In this document: in pieces, positions 17,220 through 26,408 of the stretch
How the letters are laid out: each line of letters opens with the position of its first letter
Numbering within the stretch: position 1 is the first letter of the stretch
From: an uncultured Bacilli bacterium
Lineage (GTDB): Bacteria; Bacillota_I; Bacilli_A; RF39; UBA660
NCBI GenBank assembly: GCA_934089255.1
Contig: CAKOJI010000003.1
Coordinates: 1 to 61,228 of the forward strand
Length of the DNA stretch: 61,228 bases
Direction: 5' to 3'
Notes under the pieces: model-generated
Told to the model about the DNA's origin: nothing
The model's input: the letters and a program-made list of their open reading frames with translations, nothing else
Database searches by the model: none
Position numbers and translations under genes: made by a program

Positions 17220-19007
17220 ATGAATGTGGGTATATCTTTTACTTTGTTAAGTGTAATATATAATTTAATTTTAAATATTATATATTTACCTAAAGAACGT
17301 ATAAAAAGTATAGAAAATACAATCTATACAGTTTTAATTTTAACAACATTATTTGGGAGTATAGAAGGTATATTTTGTTATATAGGCGTAAAATATTATG
17401 ATATATATCCTTTATTTTCAGTTTTAGTTTCTAAAGGGTATTTAGTTTTTTTACTTATCTGGTTTTCTATATTTACACTTTATGTAATATATATTTCTAA
17501 TATTAAAATTTATGGTGATAATAAAGAAAAATTTTTCAGAGTAATAAAGTTATTTGTAGTTTTAGCTATTATAATATTTTTACTTATTTGTTTTTTGCCA
17601 ATAATTTATGTATCAAATAATAATATAGTTTATACAACTGGTTCAAGTGTTAAGTGTGTTTATTCATTTTCTGTATTATATTTTATTGTTTGGATAGTTT
17701 GTGTTATAAAAAATATTAAAAATTTAAATAAAAAATTTATTCCAGTATTTTTAAATATTGTACTTTTGATTGTAGTAGTTGCTATACAAAAATATAATCC
17801 AGCGTTATTACTTGTTACATCATCTTTATCATTAATTACCTTTTTGATGTATTTTACAATAGAAAATCCCGATGTTAAACAAATGAAAGAACTGGCTAAA
17901 AATAATCTTATAACAGAACAGGCATATATAGATAAATCTAATTTTATATTTGAGATGACACAAGAGGTTAGAGAACCATTAAATTATATAAAAAATACAA
18001 CAAAGAATATGTTAGACAATGAACCTAGTAAAGATGAATACAAAGAAGGATTAACATACGTTTATAATGCTTCAAGACAATTAGATTTTGTAGTTAATGA
18101 TGTTTTAAATGTTAGTTCTTTAGATGTACAAAAAGTTAAATTTTTAAATAATAGATATAGTTTAAAAATGATTTATGAAGACTTAATAAAAAGAATTGAA
18201 CAAAGTGTTAGTAAAACTGTGGAATTTAGACATACTATTCCAAGTGAAGTTCCATATTTATATGGAGATAATATAAAATTAAAACAAGTTTTATATTCTT
18301 TATTAATGAATGCTGTTAGAAAAACTGAAAATGGTTTTATTGAGTTTAATATAGATATTATAGAAAAATATGATGTTTGTAGAGTTATTTTTAGAATAAC
18401 TGATAGTGGTGTTGGTATAGGTATAGACAAAATAAATGAAATATTAAGTGTTACTAGTGAATTAGATAAAGATGATATAGTTAATTTAGAAAAATCAGAA
18501 TTTAATATAGAATTGTGTCAAAAAATAATTAAATCATTAGGTGGTAATTTACTTATTAAAAGTAAGTTAGGAAAAGGTACTGAAATAATTTTAACAATAG
18601 ATCAAAAAAAATATATTGAAAAAAATATAGTAGACTCTAATAATTTTGGAAATAAGAGTGTTTTAGTAGTTAACCAAGATAAAAATATTAATAATCTACT
18701 TAGAAAGAAATTTCTTAAAAATGATATAAATGGTTCATTTTTAATGTATGGAATGGATGCAATAGATAAAATTAAGAGTGGTAAAAAATATGATTATATA
18801 TTGTTACAAGATGAAATGAAAGAAATGTCTGGATATGAAACTTTAAAAAAATTAGAAGAATTAGATAAATTTGATATGCCAGTAATTATAATGTTAAAGG
18901 AAAATAAATATAGTATAAAAGAGCATTATATAAAAGATGGTTTTAGTGATTATATTTTATTGGGAAGTTTTAGTAGTGAAATAGATAGAATAATGAACAA
19001 ATATTAA
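17220..19007 (+). CDS. Membrane hybrid histidine-kinase-like protein with a degenerate H-box and a degenerate receiver (pseudo-kinase, copy 1)
   Basis: About 7 TM helices. The H-box-like EMTQEVREPLN has Gln where His is expected. The N box LLMNAVRKTENG, G1 DSGVGIG and G2 GKGTE are retained. The receiver-like VLVVNQD ... ILLQDEMKEMSG has Gln at the Asp position. The start at ATG 17220 is set by analogy with the paralog (taggtgataatATG versus taggtgataatGTG). Confidence 0.75.
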   Translation: MNVGISFTLLSVIYNLILNIIYLPKERIKSIENTIYTVLILTTLFGSIEGIFCYIGVKYYDIYPLFSVLVSKGYLVFLLIWFSIFTLYVIYISNIKIYGDNKEKFFRVIKLFVVLAIIIFLLICFLPIIYVSNNNIVYTTGSSVKCVYSFSVLYFIVWIVCVIKNIKNLNKKFIPVFLNIVLLIVVVAIQKYNPALLLVTSSLSLITFLMYFTIENPDVKQMKELAKNNLITEQAYIDKSNFIFEMTQEVREPLNYIKNTTKNMLDNEPSKDEYKEGLTYVYNASRQLDFVVNDVLNVSSLDVQKVKFLNNRYSLKMIYEDLIKRIEQSVSKTVEFRHTIPSEVPYLYGDNIKLKQVLYSLLMNAVRKTENGFIEFNIDIIEKYDVCRVIFRITDSGVGIGIDKINEILSVTSELDKDDIVNLEKSEFNIELCQKIIKSLGGNLLIKSKLGKGTEIILTIDQKKYIEKNIVDSNNFGNKSVLVVNQDKNINNLLRKKFLKNDINGSFLMYGMDAIDKIKSGKKYDYILLQDEMKEMSGYETLKKLEELDKFDMPVIIMLKENKYSIKEHYIKDGFSDYILLGSFSSEIDRIMNKY

Positions 19008-19028
19008 TGTATTGTTTTGTTAAATGAA

Positions 19029-19087
19029 TTAAATTTATTTTTATAATATAAGGACTTACTTTTTTGGTAAGTTTTTTTGTTTTTTAT
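19029..19087 (+). terminator. Terminator plus flanking remnant, near-identical to the uppP 3' end and its terminator (25008..25068)
   Basis: acttac-ttttttg-gtaagt hairpin + T-run. About 45 of 48 nt are identical to the copy after uppP, and the similarity extends into sequence matching the last uppP codons. Confidence 0.6.
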
Positions 19088-19110
19088 TAACAAAAGTATG
19101 TTATAATTAG

Positions 19111-19167
19111 TTTGAAATGCGAATAATTATATTTTTAGACATAAAAGTAAGCATTTTAGACATAAAA
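19111..19167 (+). promoter_or_regulatory. Conserved upstream box (copy 2) with two ttttagacataaaa direct repeats
   Basis: A 38-nt identity with 15218..15255. The direct repeats lie at 19133..19146 and 19154..19167 (21-nt period). Confidence 0.5.
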
Positions 19168-19224
19168 TTTTATTTTTATTAAATTAGTGATATAATATTA
19201 AATTAATTTAAGGGGGGTATATAT

Positions 19225-21570
19225 ATGAATATTGGAATAGATATAGATGGAGTACTTACTGATATTAGAAAGTTTCAATTAGAAAAGGGAGAAAAGTTTT
19301 TTAATAAAAAAATTGTAAATAAAGATGGTTTTACTATTAGTGAAATGTTTAATTGTAGTGAGAGTGAATCTAGAAAGTTTTGGACTAAGTATTTATTAGA
19401 ATATTCTACTATTTTTAAAGCTAGGGTTAATGCGTCTAGTGTTATTAGTAAATATAAAAATAGTAATAATAAAATATTTATAATAACTTCACGAGAATTT
19501 ACTAATAAAGATAATTTTATGGGTAAATTAATGAGATTTATAGTTACTGAATGGCTTAAGAGTAATAATATAAGTTATGATAAAATTATTTATTGTGGTG
19601 AAAGTAAAAAACAAGAAATAATAAATAATAATATAAATGTTATGATTGAAGATAATAAGGATAATGCTTTAGAATTAAGTCCTTATACAAAAGTTATTTT
19701 AGTAGATGAAGAATATAATAAAAACGTTTCTAGTGATAATATTTATAGAGCTAATGATTGGTTAGAAATTGATGATTATTTAAAATGTTTTAGTAGATTA
19801 TTTAATAGAAGTGCTTATTTAAACCAAAAAAGTGTTACTGGATATCCTAGTATTGATAAGCCTTGGCTTAAATATTATACTTATGCTCAATCTATAAATA
19901 GAGTACCTGATATGACAATATATCAATGTATGGAATATGGTGTTAAAAATAATTTAAATAGAGAAGTTTTAAATTATGTAGATAGAAGTATATGTGGGAA
20001 TGAATTTTTAAGTAATATAGATAATGCTAAGAAGGCTTTAAAATGTTTATATAAAGATACTAATAATATTGAAGATGAAATAGTTTCTATAGTTTCAAAT
20101 AATGTACCAGAGGCAATCTATGCATTTTATGCTGCTAATAGATTAGGTATGACGGTTAATTTAATACATCCTTTATCTAGTAAAAAAAATATAATTAGTA
20201 GTATTAAAAATTGTAATTCTAAAATAGTTTTTTGTATTGATTTTGATTATGAAAAAATAAAAGATATATGTGATAGTAAAGTTGTTGTATTATCTAATAA
20301 AGATTCTATGCCTTTATTTACTAAATTAATTTATAGTAGTACATTAAAAGATTTAGAGTTTTATAAAGAAAAGAGAAAAGATAATTTTATTACTTGGGAT
20401 GAATTTAATGGTTTAGGTAAAAATGTTTTAGAAGTAGAAGATTATCCTTTTATACCTAATAGAGCTCAAGTAATACTTAGTACTGGTGGAACAACTGGAG
20501 CACCAAAAGGAGCACTTTTAACTAATGAAAATTTTAATAGTATGCCTAGTCAGTATGGTGTGAAAGCTAATTTTAGTGAAAAAGATAAAATGGTTGCAGT
20601 TATGCCAATTTTCCATGGGTTTGGACTTTGTAATTGTATTCACATGCCACTTGCACTTGGAGCTTCTGTTATATTAATGCCTAAGTATGATGCTAAGAGT
20701 TTGGCACATATATTTAAAAAACATAAACCAAGCGATATAATGGGTGTTCCAACTTTAATGAGAGATATATTACATAATAAAGTATATTCAAATATTGATT
20801 TTTCATTTATTAATTATATAGTTTCTGGCGGTGGACCTATGGGTGCAGATGAAGAATTATTTAATGAATTTTTAAAGAAAAGAAATTGTAGTAAAAAAAT
20901 AACTAAAGGATATGGTTTAACAGAAGCTACTAGTAGTTTAACATTTACATTTGATGATAGTAATGATGTTAATAGTGTTGGAATACCGCTTGTTAATACA
21001 GATATAAAAATTGTAGAACCAGGAACAACTAAAGAATTAAAATATAACGAATTAGGCGAAGTTTGTGCTAAAGGACCATCTATTATGAAAGGTTATTATA
21101 AAAATAGTGCTGCAACTAACGAAGATTTAGTTTTTCATGAAGATGGAGATTTATGGCTACATACTGGAGATATGGGATATATTAATACTGATGGAAAATT
21201 ATTTATAACAGATAGAATTAAAAGATTAATTATAGTTAGTGGTGTTAATGTGTATCCTTCTTTAATAGAAGATACAATAGCAAGTCATTATATGGTTAAA
21301 GAGTGTTGTGTTATAAAAAAACCGCATGAATATAAGTATGAAGTTCCTAAAGCATACATAGTTTTAAATGATGGATATGAGTTTACAGAACAATTAAAAA
21401 AAGAACTTTTAAATTTATGTAATTCTTTACCTAATAAATATTATATACCACAAGAAATTGAAGAAATTGATGAGTTACCAAAAACTTTAATGAATAAAAT
21501 AGATTATAAATTATTAGAAGAAAAAGAGAAAAATAATAAAGTATTAAGAAAGGAAAATAAAAATGTTTAA
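19225..21570 (+). CDS. Fusion of an N-terminal HAD/5'(3')-nucleotidase-like domain and an acyl-adenylate-forming (ANL) enzyme
   Basis: MNIGIDIDGVLTD HAD motif I, then YPSIDKPWLKYY, STGGTTGAPKGA, GYGLTE and TGD. Confidence 0.8.
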   Translation: MNIGIDIDGVLTDIRKFQLEKGEKFFNKKIVNKDGFTISEMFNCSESESRKFWTKYLLEYSTIFKARVNASSVISKYKNSNNKIFIITSREFTNKDNFMGKLMRFIVTEWLKSNNISYDKIIYCGESKKQEIINNNINVMIEDNKDNALELSPYTKVILVDEEYNKNVSSDNIYRANDWLEIDDYLKCFSRLFNRSAYLNQKSVTGYPSIDKPWLKYYTYAQSINRVPDMTIYQCMEYGVKNNLNREVLNYVDRSICGNEFLSNIDNAKKALKCLYKDTNNIEDEIVSIVSNNVPEAIYAFYAANRLGMTVNLIHPLSSKKNIISSIKNCNSKIVFCIDFDYEKIKDICDSKVVVLSNKDSMPLFTKLIYSSTLKDLEFYKEKRKDNFITWDEFNGLGKNVLEVEDYPFIPNRAQVILSTGGTTGAPKGALLTNENFNSMPSQYGVKANFSEKDKMVAVMPIFHGFGLCNCIHMPLALGASVILMPKYDAKSLAHIFKKHKPSDIMGVPTLMRDILHNKVYSNIDFSFINYIVSGGGPMGADEELFNEFLKKRNCSKKITKGYGLTEATSSLTFTFDDSNDVNSVGIPLVNTDIKIVEPGTTKELKYNELGEVCAKGPSIMKGYYKNSAATNEDLVFHEDGDLWLHTGDMGYINTDGKLFITDRIKRLIIVSGVNVYPSLIEDTIASHYMVKECCVIKKPHEYKYEVPKAYIVLNDGYEFTEQLKKELLNLCNSLPNKYYIPQEIEEIDELPKTLMNKIDYKLLEEKEKNNKVLRKENKNV

Positions 21571-22321
21571 TTATCAAACAGGAAGAAAAGTTGTTAAAAG
21601 TATATTTATGCCTTTATATCATCCTAAAATAATTAATGAAGCATTGGTTCCAAAAAGTGGTCCAATTATTCTATGTGGGAATCATTTACATGTTTGGGAT
21701 CAGGTACCAGTGATTTGTTCTACAAAGAGAACTATTCATTGGATGGCTAAAAAAGAATATTTTGATTCTAACATGGCTTGGATGTATAAGGGATTTGAAT
21801 GTATTCCAGTTGATAGATATAATAATCCACATGAATCAAAAGAAATAGCAATTAAATATTTAAAAAATGGAGAAGCTGTTGGAATATTTCCAGAGGGTAC
21901 TAGAAATAGATTAACTTTTGCTAAAAAAAATTATTTAGAGAAGTTGGAAAATTATAGAAAGTTTTTATATGAAAATTATTCTAATGATAAAGCAGTTTTA
22001 TATAATAATGAGTATTATGTTGAAATGAAAGAAGCACAAGAAAAATTAACAGAAGTAAAAAAAGATTTAGAAAAAAGAAAAATTACAGATTATGATGAGA
22101 ATGATATATTATTACCGTTTAAATTTGGTGCAGTTAAGATGGCTCAAGAAACTAATTCATTAATAGTACCATTTGGAATAACTGGGGATTATAAAGTTAA
22201 TAATAATAATTTAACTTTAAGATACGGAACTCCAATTAATGTAAGTAATATGGATTTAGAAGAAGCAAATAATATTTTAAGAAATGATATAAAAAGATTA
22301 GTTTTAGAAAATAGAAAGTAA
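21563..22321 (+). CDS. PlsC/LPLAT-family acyltransferase
   Basis: NHLHVWD (HX4D) and FPEGTR motifs. It overlaps the upstream ligase gene by 8 nt. Confidence 0.8.
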   Translation: MFNYQTGRKVVKSIFMPLYHPKIINEALVPKSGPIILCGNHLHVWDQVPVICSTKRTIHWMAKKEYFDSNMAWMYKGFECIPVDRYNNPHESKEIAIKYLKNGEAVGIFPEGTRNRLTFAKKNYLEKLENYRKFLYENYSNDKAVLYNNEYYVEMKEAQEKLTEVKKDLEKRKITDYDENDILLPFKFGAVKMAQETNSLIVPFGITGDYKVNNNNLTLRYGTPINVSNMDLEEANNILRNDIKRLVLENRK

Positions 22322-22395
22322 GGAATAGTTAATGCTATTCTTTTATTGTTTTATTAATAATATTTTGCTATACTGTTGGTATAGTAGGTGATAAT

Positions 22396-24192
22396 GTGAA
22401 TAGTATATTAATTCAATGTTGTAGTTTTCTATATATAGTTTTATTACTTTTTGTATATTTTTCTAAAAAAAGACTTAATGTTTTAGAAAATAAAATATAT
22501 ATAATTATGTTAATATCTAACTTTCTTGGTTTGATTATTGATGTTGCAAGTGTATTTACTATTAAATATATGGATACAATACCACTTTTAAATAGTATTG
22601 TAACTAAATTATATTTAATATATTTGCTTACATTTATGTTTTTATTTACTTTATATATTTTAACTATATCTATAAAAGATAAGAGTAAGGGTAGAATTAA
22701 AGTTATAAAATCTATTAAATTTGCTAGTTTTATATACTGTATATTCTTTATAATAACAAGTTTTTTACCACTATATTATAAGAATAATAATGGTGTTATA
22801 TATTCATATGGACCAGCGGCTACATTTTTATATTTAGTAAGTACATTATGTATGGCAGTTTGGTTAATATGTACAATAAGTAATTTTAAAAATATTAGAG
22901 ATAAAAAGTATTTACCTATGTTTGTTTTCTTTGTTATAGGAAGTTTAGTTACAGCTATACAAGGTGCAAGACCAGAATTATTACTGATGACTTCTATGGA
23001 ATCTTTTATAATAATGCTTATGTATTTCACTATAGAAAATCCTGATATTAAAATGTTACAAGAAATGGCAAAGAATAATGATTTAGTAGAACAAACATAT
23101 ATTGATAAATCTAACTTTTTATTTGAACTTACTGGAGAAGTTAAAAATCCACTTAACAATATCAGAGAGGTTACTAGAGAATTAGAAGAAGTTAATGATT
23201 TAGAAGAAATAAAAAGTGGTTTAAAAATTATAAATAATTCCATAAGACAATTAGATTTTGTAATGGATAATGTTTTAAATGTTAGTTCTTTAGATGTACA
23301 AAAAGTAAAATTTATGAATAATAGATATAATTTAACTTCTTTGTATAAAGATTTAGTAGCTAGAGTTAGTCAAAATATAAAAAGTGATGTAGAATTTAGA
23401 CATAGTATTCCAAATAATGTTCCATATTTATATGGTGATAGTATAAAATTAAAACAAGTTTTATATTCTTTGATAATGAATGCTGTTAAAAAGACTGAAA
23501 ATGGTTTTATAGAATTTAAAATTAATACAATAGAAAAATATGATGTATGTAGAGTTATATTTGAAATTGTTGATAGTGGTGTTGGAATATCATTAGATAA
23601 AATAAATGAGATTTTAAGTGTTACGGGTGAATTTGATAAAGATGATTTAGATTCTTTAGAAAAAACAGAATTTAATATTAAGTTATGTCAGAAAATAGTA
23701 AAATCTTTAGGTGGTAATTTACTTATTAAAAGTAAAGTAGGACATGGTACAGAAGTTATATTAACTATTGATCAGAGAATATTTAAAAATGAAAAAGAAA
23801 ATAATTTAAAAGTATATGAAAATATATTAATGAATAATAAAAGAGTATTAGTGGTTAATCAAGATAAAAATATTAATAATTTACTTAGAAAGAAATTTCT
23901 TAAAAATGATATAAATGGTTCATTTTTAATGTATGGAATGGATGCAATAGATAAAATTAAGAGTGGTAAAAAATATGATTACATTTTGTTACAGGATGAA
24001 ATGAAAGAAATGTCTGGATATGAAACTTTAAAAAAATTTGAAAAATTAGATAAATTTGATATACCAGTAATTATAATGTTAAAGGAAAATAAATATAGTA
24101 TAAAAGAGCATTATATAAAAGATGGCTTTAGTGATTATATTCTACTAGGAAGTTTTAATAGTGAAATTGACAGAATAATAAATAAGTATTAG
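22396..24192 (+). CDS. Membrane hybrid histidine-kinase-like protein with a degenerate H-box and a degenerate receiver (pseudo-kinase, copy 2)
   Basis: Paralog of 17220..19007. The H-box-like ELTGEVKNPLN has Gly where His is expected, and it has the same degenerate receiver. The last 333 nt are ~95% identical to copy 1. Confidence 0.75.
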   Translation: MNSILIQCCSFLYIVLLLFVYFSKKRLNVLENKIYIIMLISNFLGLIIDVASVFTIKYMDTIPLLNSIVTKLYLIYLLTFMFLFTLYILTISIKDKSKGRIKVIKSIKFASFIYCIFFIITSFLPLYYKNNNGVIYSYGPAATFLYLVSTLCMAVWLICTISNFKNIRDKKYLPMFVFFVIGSLVTAIQGARPELLLMTSMESFIIMLMYFTIENPDIKMLQEMAKNNDLVEQTYIDKSNFLFELTGEVKNPLNNIREVTRELEEVNDLEEIKSGLKIINNSIRQLDFVMDNVLNVSSLDVQKVKFMNNRYNLTSLYKDLVARVSQNIKSDVEFRHSIPNNVPYLYGDSIKLKQVLYSLIMNAVKKTENGFIEFKINTIEKYDVCRVIFEIVDSGVGISLDKINEILSVTGEFDKDDLDSLEKTEFNIKLCQKIVKSLGGNLLIKSKVGHGTEVILTIDQRIFKNEKENNLKVYENILMNNKRVLVVNQDKNINNLLRKKFLKNDINGSFLMYGMDAIDKIKSGKKYDYILLQDEMKEMSGYETLKKFEKLDKFDIPVIIMLKENKYSIKEHYIKDGFSDYILLGSFNSEIDRIINKY

Positions 24193-24217
24193 CATATTAT
24201 TTATAGAAAGAAGGACT

Positions 24218-25027
24218 ATGATGTTATTAAAATATATTATATTGGGAATTATACAGGGTATTACTGAACCTTTACCAATTAGTAGTAGTGGACATATATT
24301 TATATTTAAACAAATATTTAATACTAATATGTTTAATGATTTAAATTTTGAAATATTTGTTAATTTTGCTTCTTTTATAGCAATATTAATTATATTTTGG
24401 AAAGATGTTGTTAAATTAGTTAATGGATTTTTTAATTATATATTTAATAAAGATAGAGAGAAATATTATAATGAGTTTAAGTATTCATTAATGATTATAA
24501 TAGGTACTATTCCTGTGGGAATACTTGGTGTATTATTTAAAGATAAGATAGAAACTACTTTATCTAAAACTTGGATAGTAGGTTTAATGTTTATTGTTAC
24601 TGGAATTCTTTTATTATTAGTAAAAAATATAAATGGTAAAAAAGGAGATAATGATATAACTTATAGAGATGCTATTATTATTGGTTTAATGCAAAGTGTT
24701 GCATTATTTCCTGGTTTATCAAGAAGTGGTACTGTATTAGTTGCATGCTTATTATGTAAATTATCTAGAGAAACATCATTAAAATATACTTTTATGTTAT
24801 ATTTTCCAGTAAGTGTTGCAACAATATTACTTGGAGTTAAAGATGTATTAGAAACTGGCATAACTGGTAGTATGATGTTATATTATTTTGTTGGGATGGT
24901 AAACGCTTTTATATTTACTTATTTAACTTATAAAGTATTGAGTGAAATAGTTAAAAAGGGTAAACTTTGGAAGTTTTCAATATATTTATTTATACTTGGT
25001 ATTTTTACATTAATTTATTTTTTATAA
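24218..25027 (+). CDS. uppP: Undecaprenyl-diphosphatase
   Basis: PISSSGH and PGLSRSG motifs in a polytopic protein of 269 aa. Confidence 0.9.
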   Translation: MMLLKYIILGIIQGITEPLPISSSGHIFIFKQIFNTNMFNDLNFEIFVNFASFIAILIIFWKDVVKLVNGFFNYIFNKDREKYYNEFKYSLMIIIGTIPVGILGVLFKDKIETTLSKTWIVGLMFIVTGILLLLVKNINGKKGDNDITYRDAIIIGLMQSVALFPGLSRSGTVLVACLLCKLSRETSLKYTFMLYFPVSVATILLGVKDVLETGITGSMMLYYFVGMVNAFIFTYLTYKVLSEIVKKGKLWKFSIYLFILGIFTLIYFL

Positions 25028-25034
25028 TATAAAA

Positions 25035-25068
25035 ACTTACTTTTTTGGTAAGTTTTTTTGTTTTTTTA
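25035..25068 (+). terminator. Intrinsic terminator after uppP
   Basis: acttac/gtaagt hairpin + T-run, duplicated at 19054..19087. Confidence 0.6.
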
Positions 25069-25148
25069 TCAAAAAACAACGAAGTTGTTGGTTGTTATAA
25101 TTTTTAAAAAAATATACCATAATGTTAACAGAACTAGGAGGCGGTCCT

Positions 25149-25364
25149 ATGAGCTTGCGAGAAGTATTCAGAGATAATGTTAAACATTATAGGAAAAAGA
25201 AGAAGTTATCACAAGAACAGCTTGCGGAGATGTCTAATTTAAGTACTAATTATATTGGCGATATTGAAAGGGCTAACAGGAAAGTTACTATAGATACTAT
25301 TGAAAAAATATCTAAAGGGTTAAATGTGGAAGCACATTTGTTATTAATGGAAAGACGTAAATAA
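25149..25364 (+). CDS. XRE-family helix-turn-helix transcriptional regulator
   Basis: LSQEQLAEMSNLSTNYIGDIERANRKVTIDTIEKISKGL HTH. ATG 25149 lies behind AGGAGG; the ORF track starts at 25122. Confidence 0.75.
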   Translation: MSLREVFRDNVKHYRKKKKLSQEQLAEMSNLSTNYIGDIERANRKVTIDTIEKISKGLNVEAHLLLMERRK

Positions 25365-25427
25365 TTCATTTTAATGGATTTTTTTTTTGAAATTTGATAG
25401 TATATGTTATAGATTTGGTGTGATTAA

Positions 25428-26408
25428 ATGAAATGGAAAATAAAAGATGTTGCAATAAATAATCAAGTAGTATTAGCGCCTATGGCTGGTATTAGTAATT
25501 CTAGTTATAGAAAAATTATTAAAGAGATGGGTGCTGGATTAATATTTGCGGAAATGGTTAGTGATAAAGCAATAATGTTTGATAATAAAAAAACAATAGA
25601 TTTACTTAAAATGGATGATTATGAAAGACCTATTGCACAACAAATATTTGGTAGTGATGTTGATTCATTTGTTAGTGCTGCAAAAAGAATAGAGGAGTTA
25701 ATGCATCCAGATATAATTGATATAAATATGGGATGTCCTGTTCCAAAAATTGCAATCCGTAGTCAAGCTGGTAGTGCTTTATTAAAAAATCCAGAAAAAA
25801 TAGGAGAAATAGTTAGGAAAGTTAAAAATGCAGTTAGTGTTCCTGTTACTGTAAAAATAAGAAGTGGATGGGACGAACGTTCTATTAATTGTGTAGAGGT
25901 TGCAAAAATTATAGAGAAAAGTGGTGCTAGTGCAATAACACTTCATGCTCGTACTAGAAGTCAAGGTTATAGTGGAAAGGCTGATTGGTCTTTAATTAAA
26001 AAAGTCAAAGAAAATGTTAGTATTCCTGTAATAGGTAATGGGGATGTAACTACTCCAGAACTTGCTAAAAAAATGTTAGATGAAACTGGATGTGATGCTG
26101 TTATGATAGGAAGGGGAGTATTAGGTAATCCTTGGCTTATAAAACAAACTGTTGAGTATCTAGAAAATGGAACTTATAAAAAAGATGTTACTTTTCAAGA
26201 AAAGATAGAAATGTTAAAGAGACATTATAATTTGTTACTTTTAGATAAGAAAGAAAGTTTAGCACTTCTTGAAATAAGAAGTCACGCTTTATGGTATTTA
26301 AAAGGTTTACCTAATGTATCTAAAGTTAAAGTTTTAATATGTAATGCTAAAACTAGTGAAGAGTTATTTGATATATTAGATAATTATAAGGAAAGTTTAA
26401 ATGATTAA
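25428..26408 (+). CDS. dusB: tRNA-dihydrouridine synthase
   Basis: [18 protein letters not shown] and HARTR motifs in a 326-aa protein. Confidence 0.88.
   Translation: MKWKIKDVAINNQVVLAPMAGISNSSYRKIIKEMGAGLIFAEMVSDKAIMFDNKKTIDLLKMDDYERPIAQQIFGSDVDSFVSAAKRIEELMHPDIIDINMGCPVPKIAIRSQAGSALLKNPEKIGEIVRKVKNAVSVPVTVKIRSGWDERSINCVEVAKIIEKSGASAITLHARTRSQGYSGKADWSLIKKVKENVSIPVIGNGDVTTPELAKKMLDETGCDAVMIGRGVLGNPWLIKQTVEYLENGTYKKDVTFQEKIEMLKRHYNLLLLDKKESLALLEIRSHALWYLKGLPNVSKVKVLICNAKTSEELFDILDNYKESLND

Noticed and set aside
22776-23243. 155-aa antisense ORF inside pseudo-kinase copy 2 (and 18173..18430 inside copy 1)
   Set aside because: It lies opposite a conserved paralogous CDS, and the translation is Ser/Leu/Ile-rich with no motif. 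It is probably spurious.
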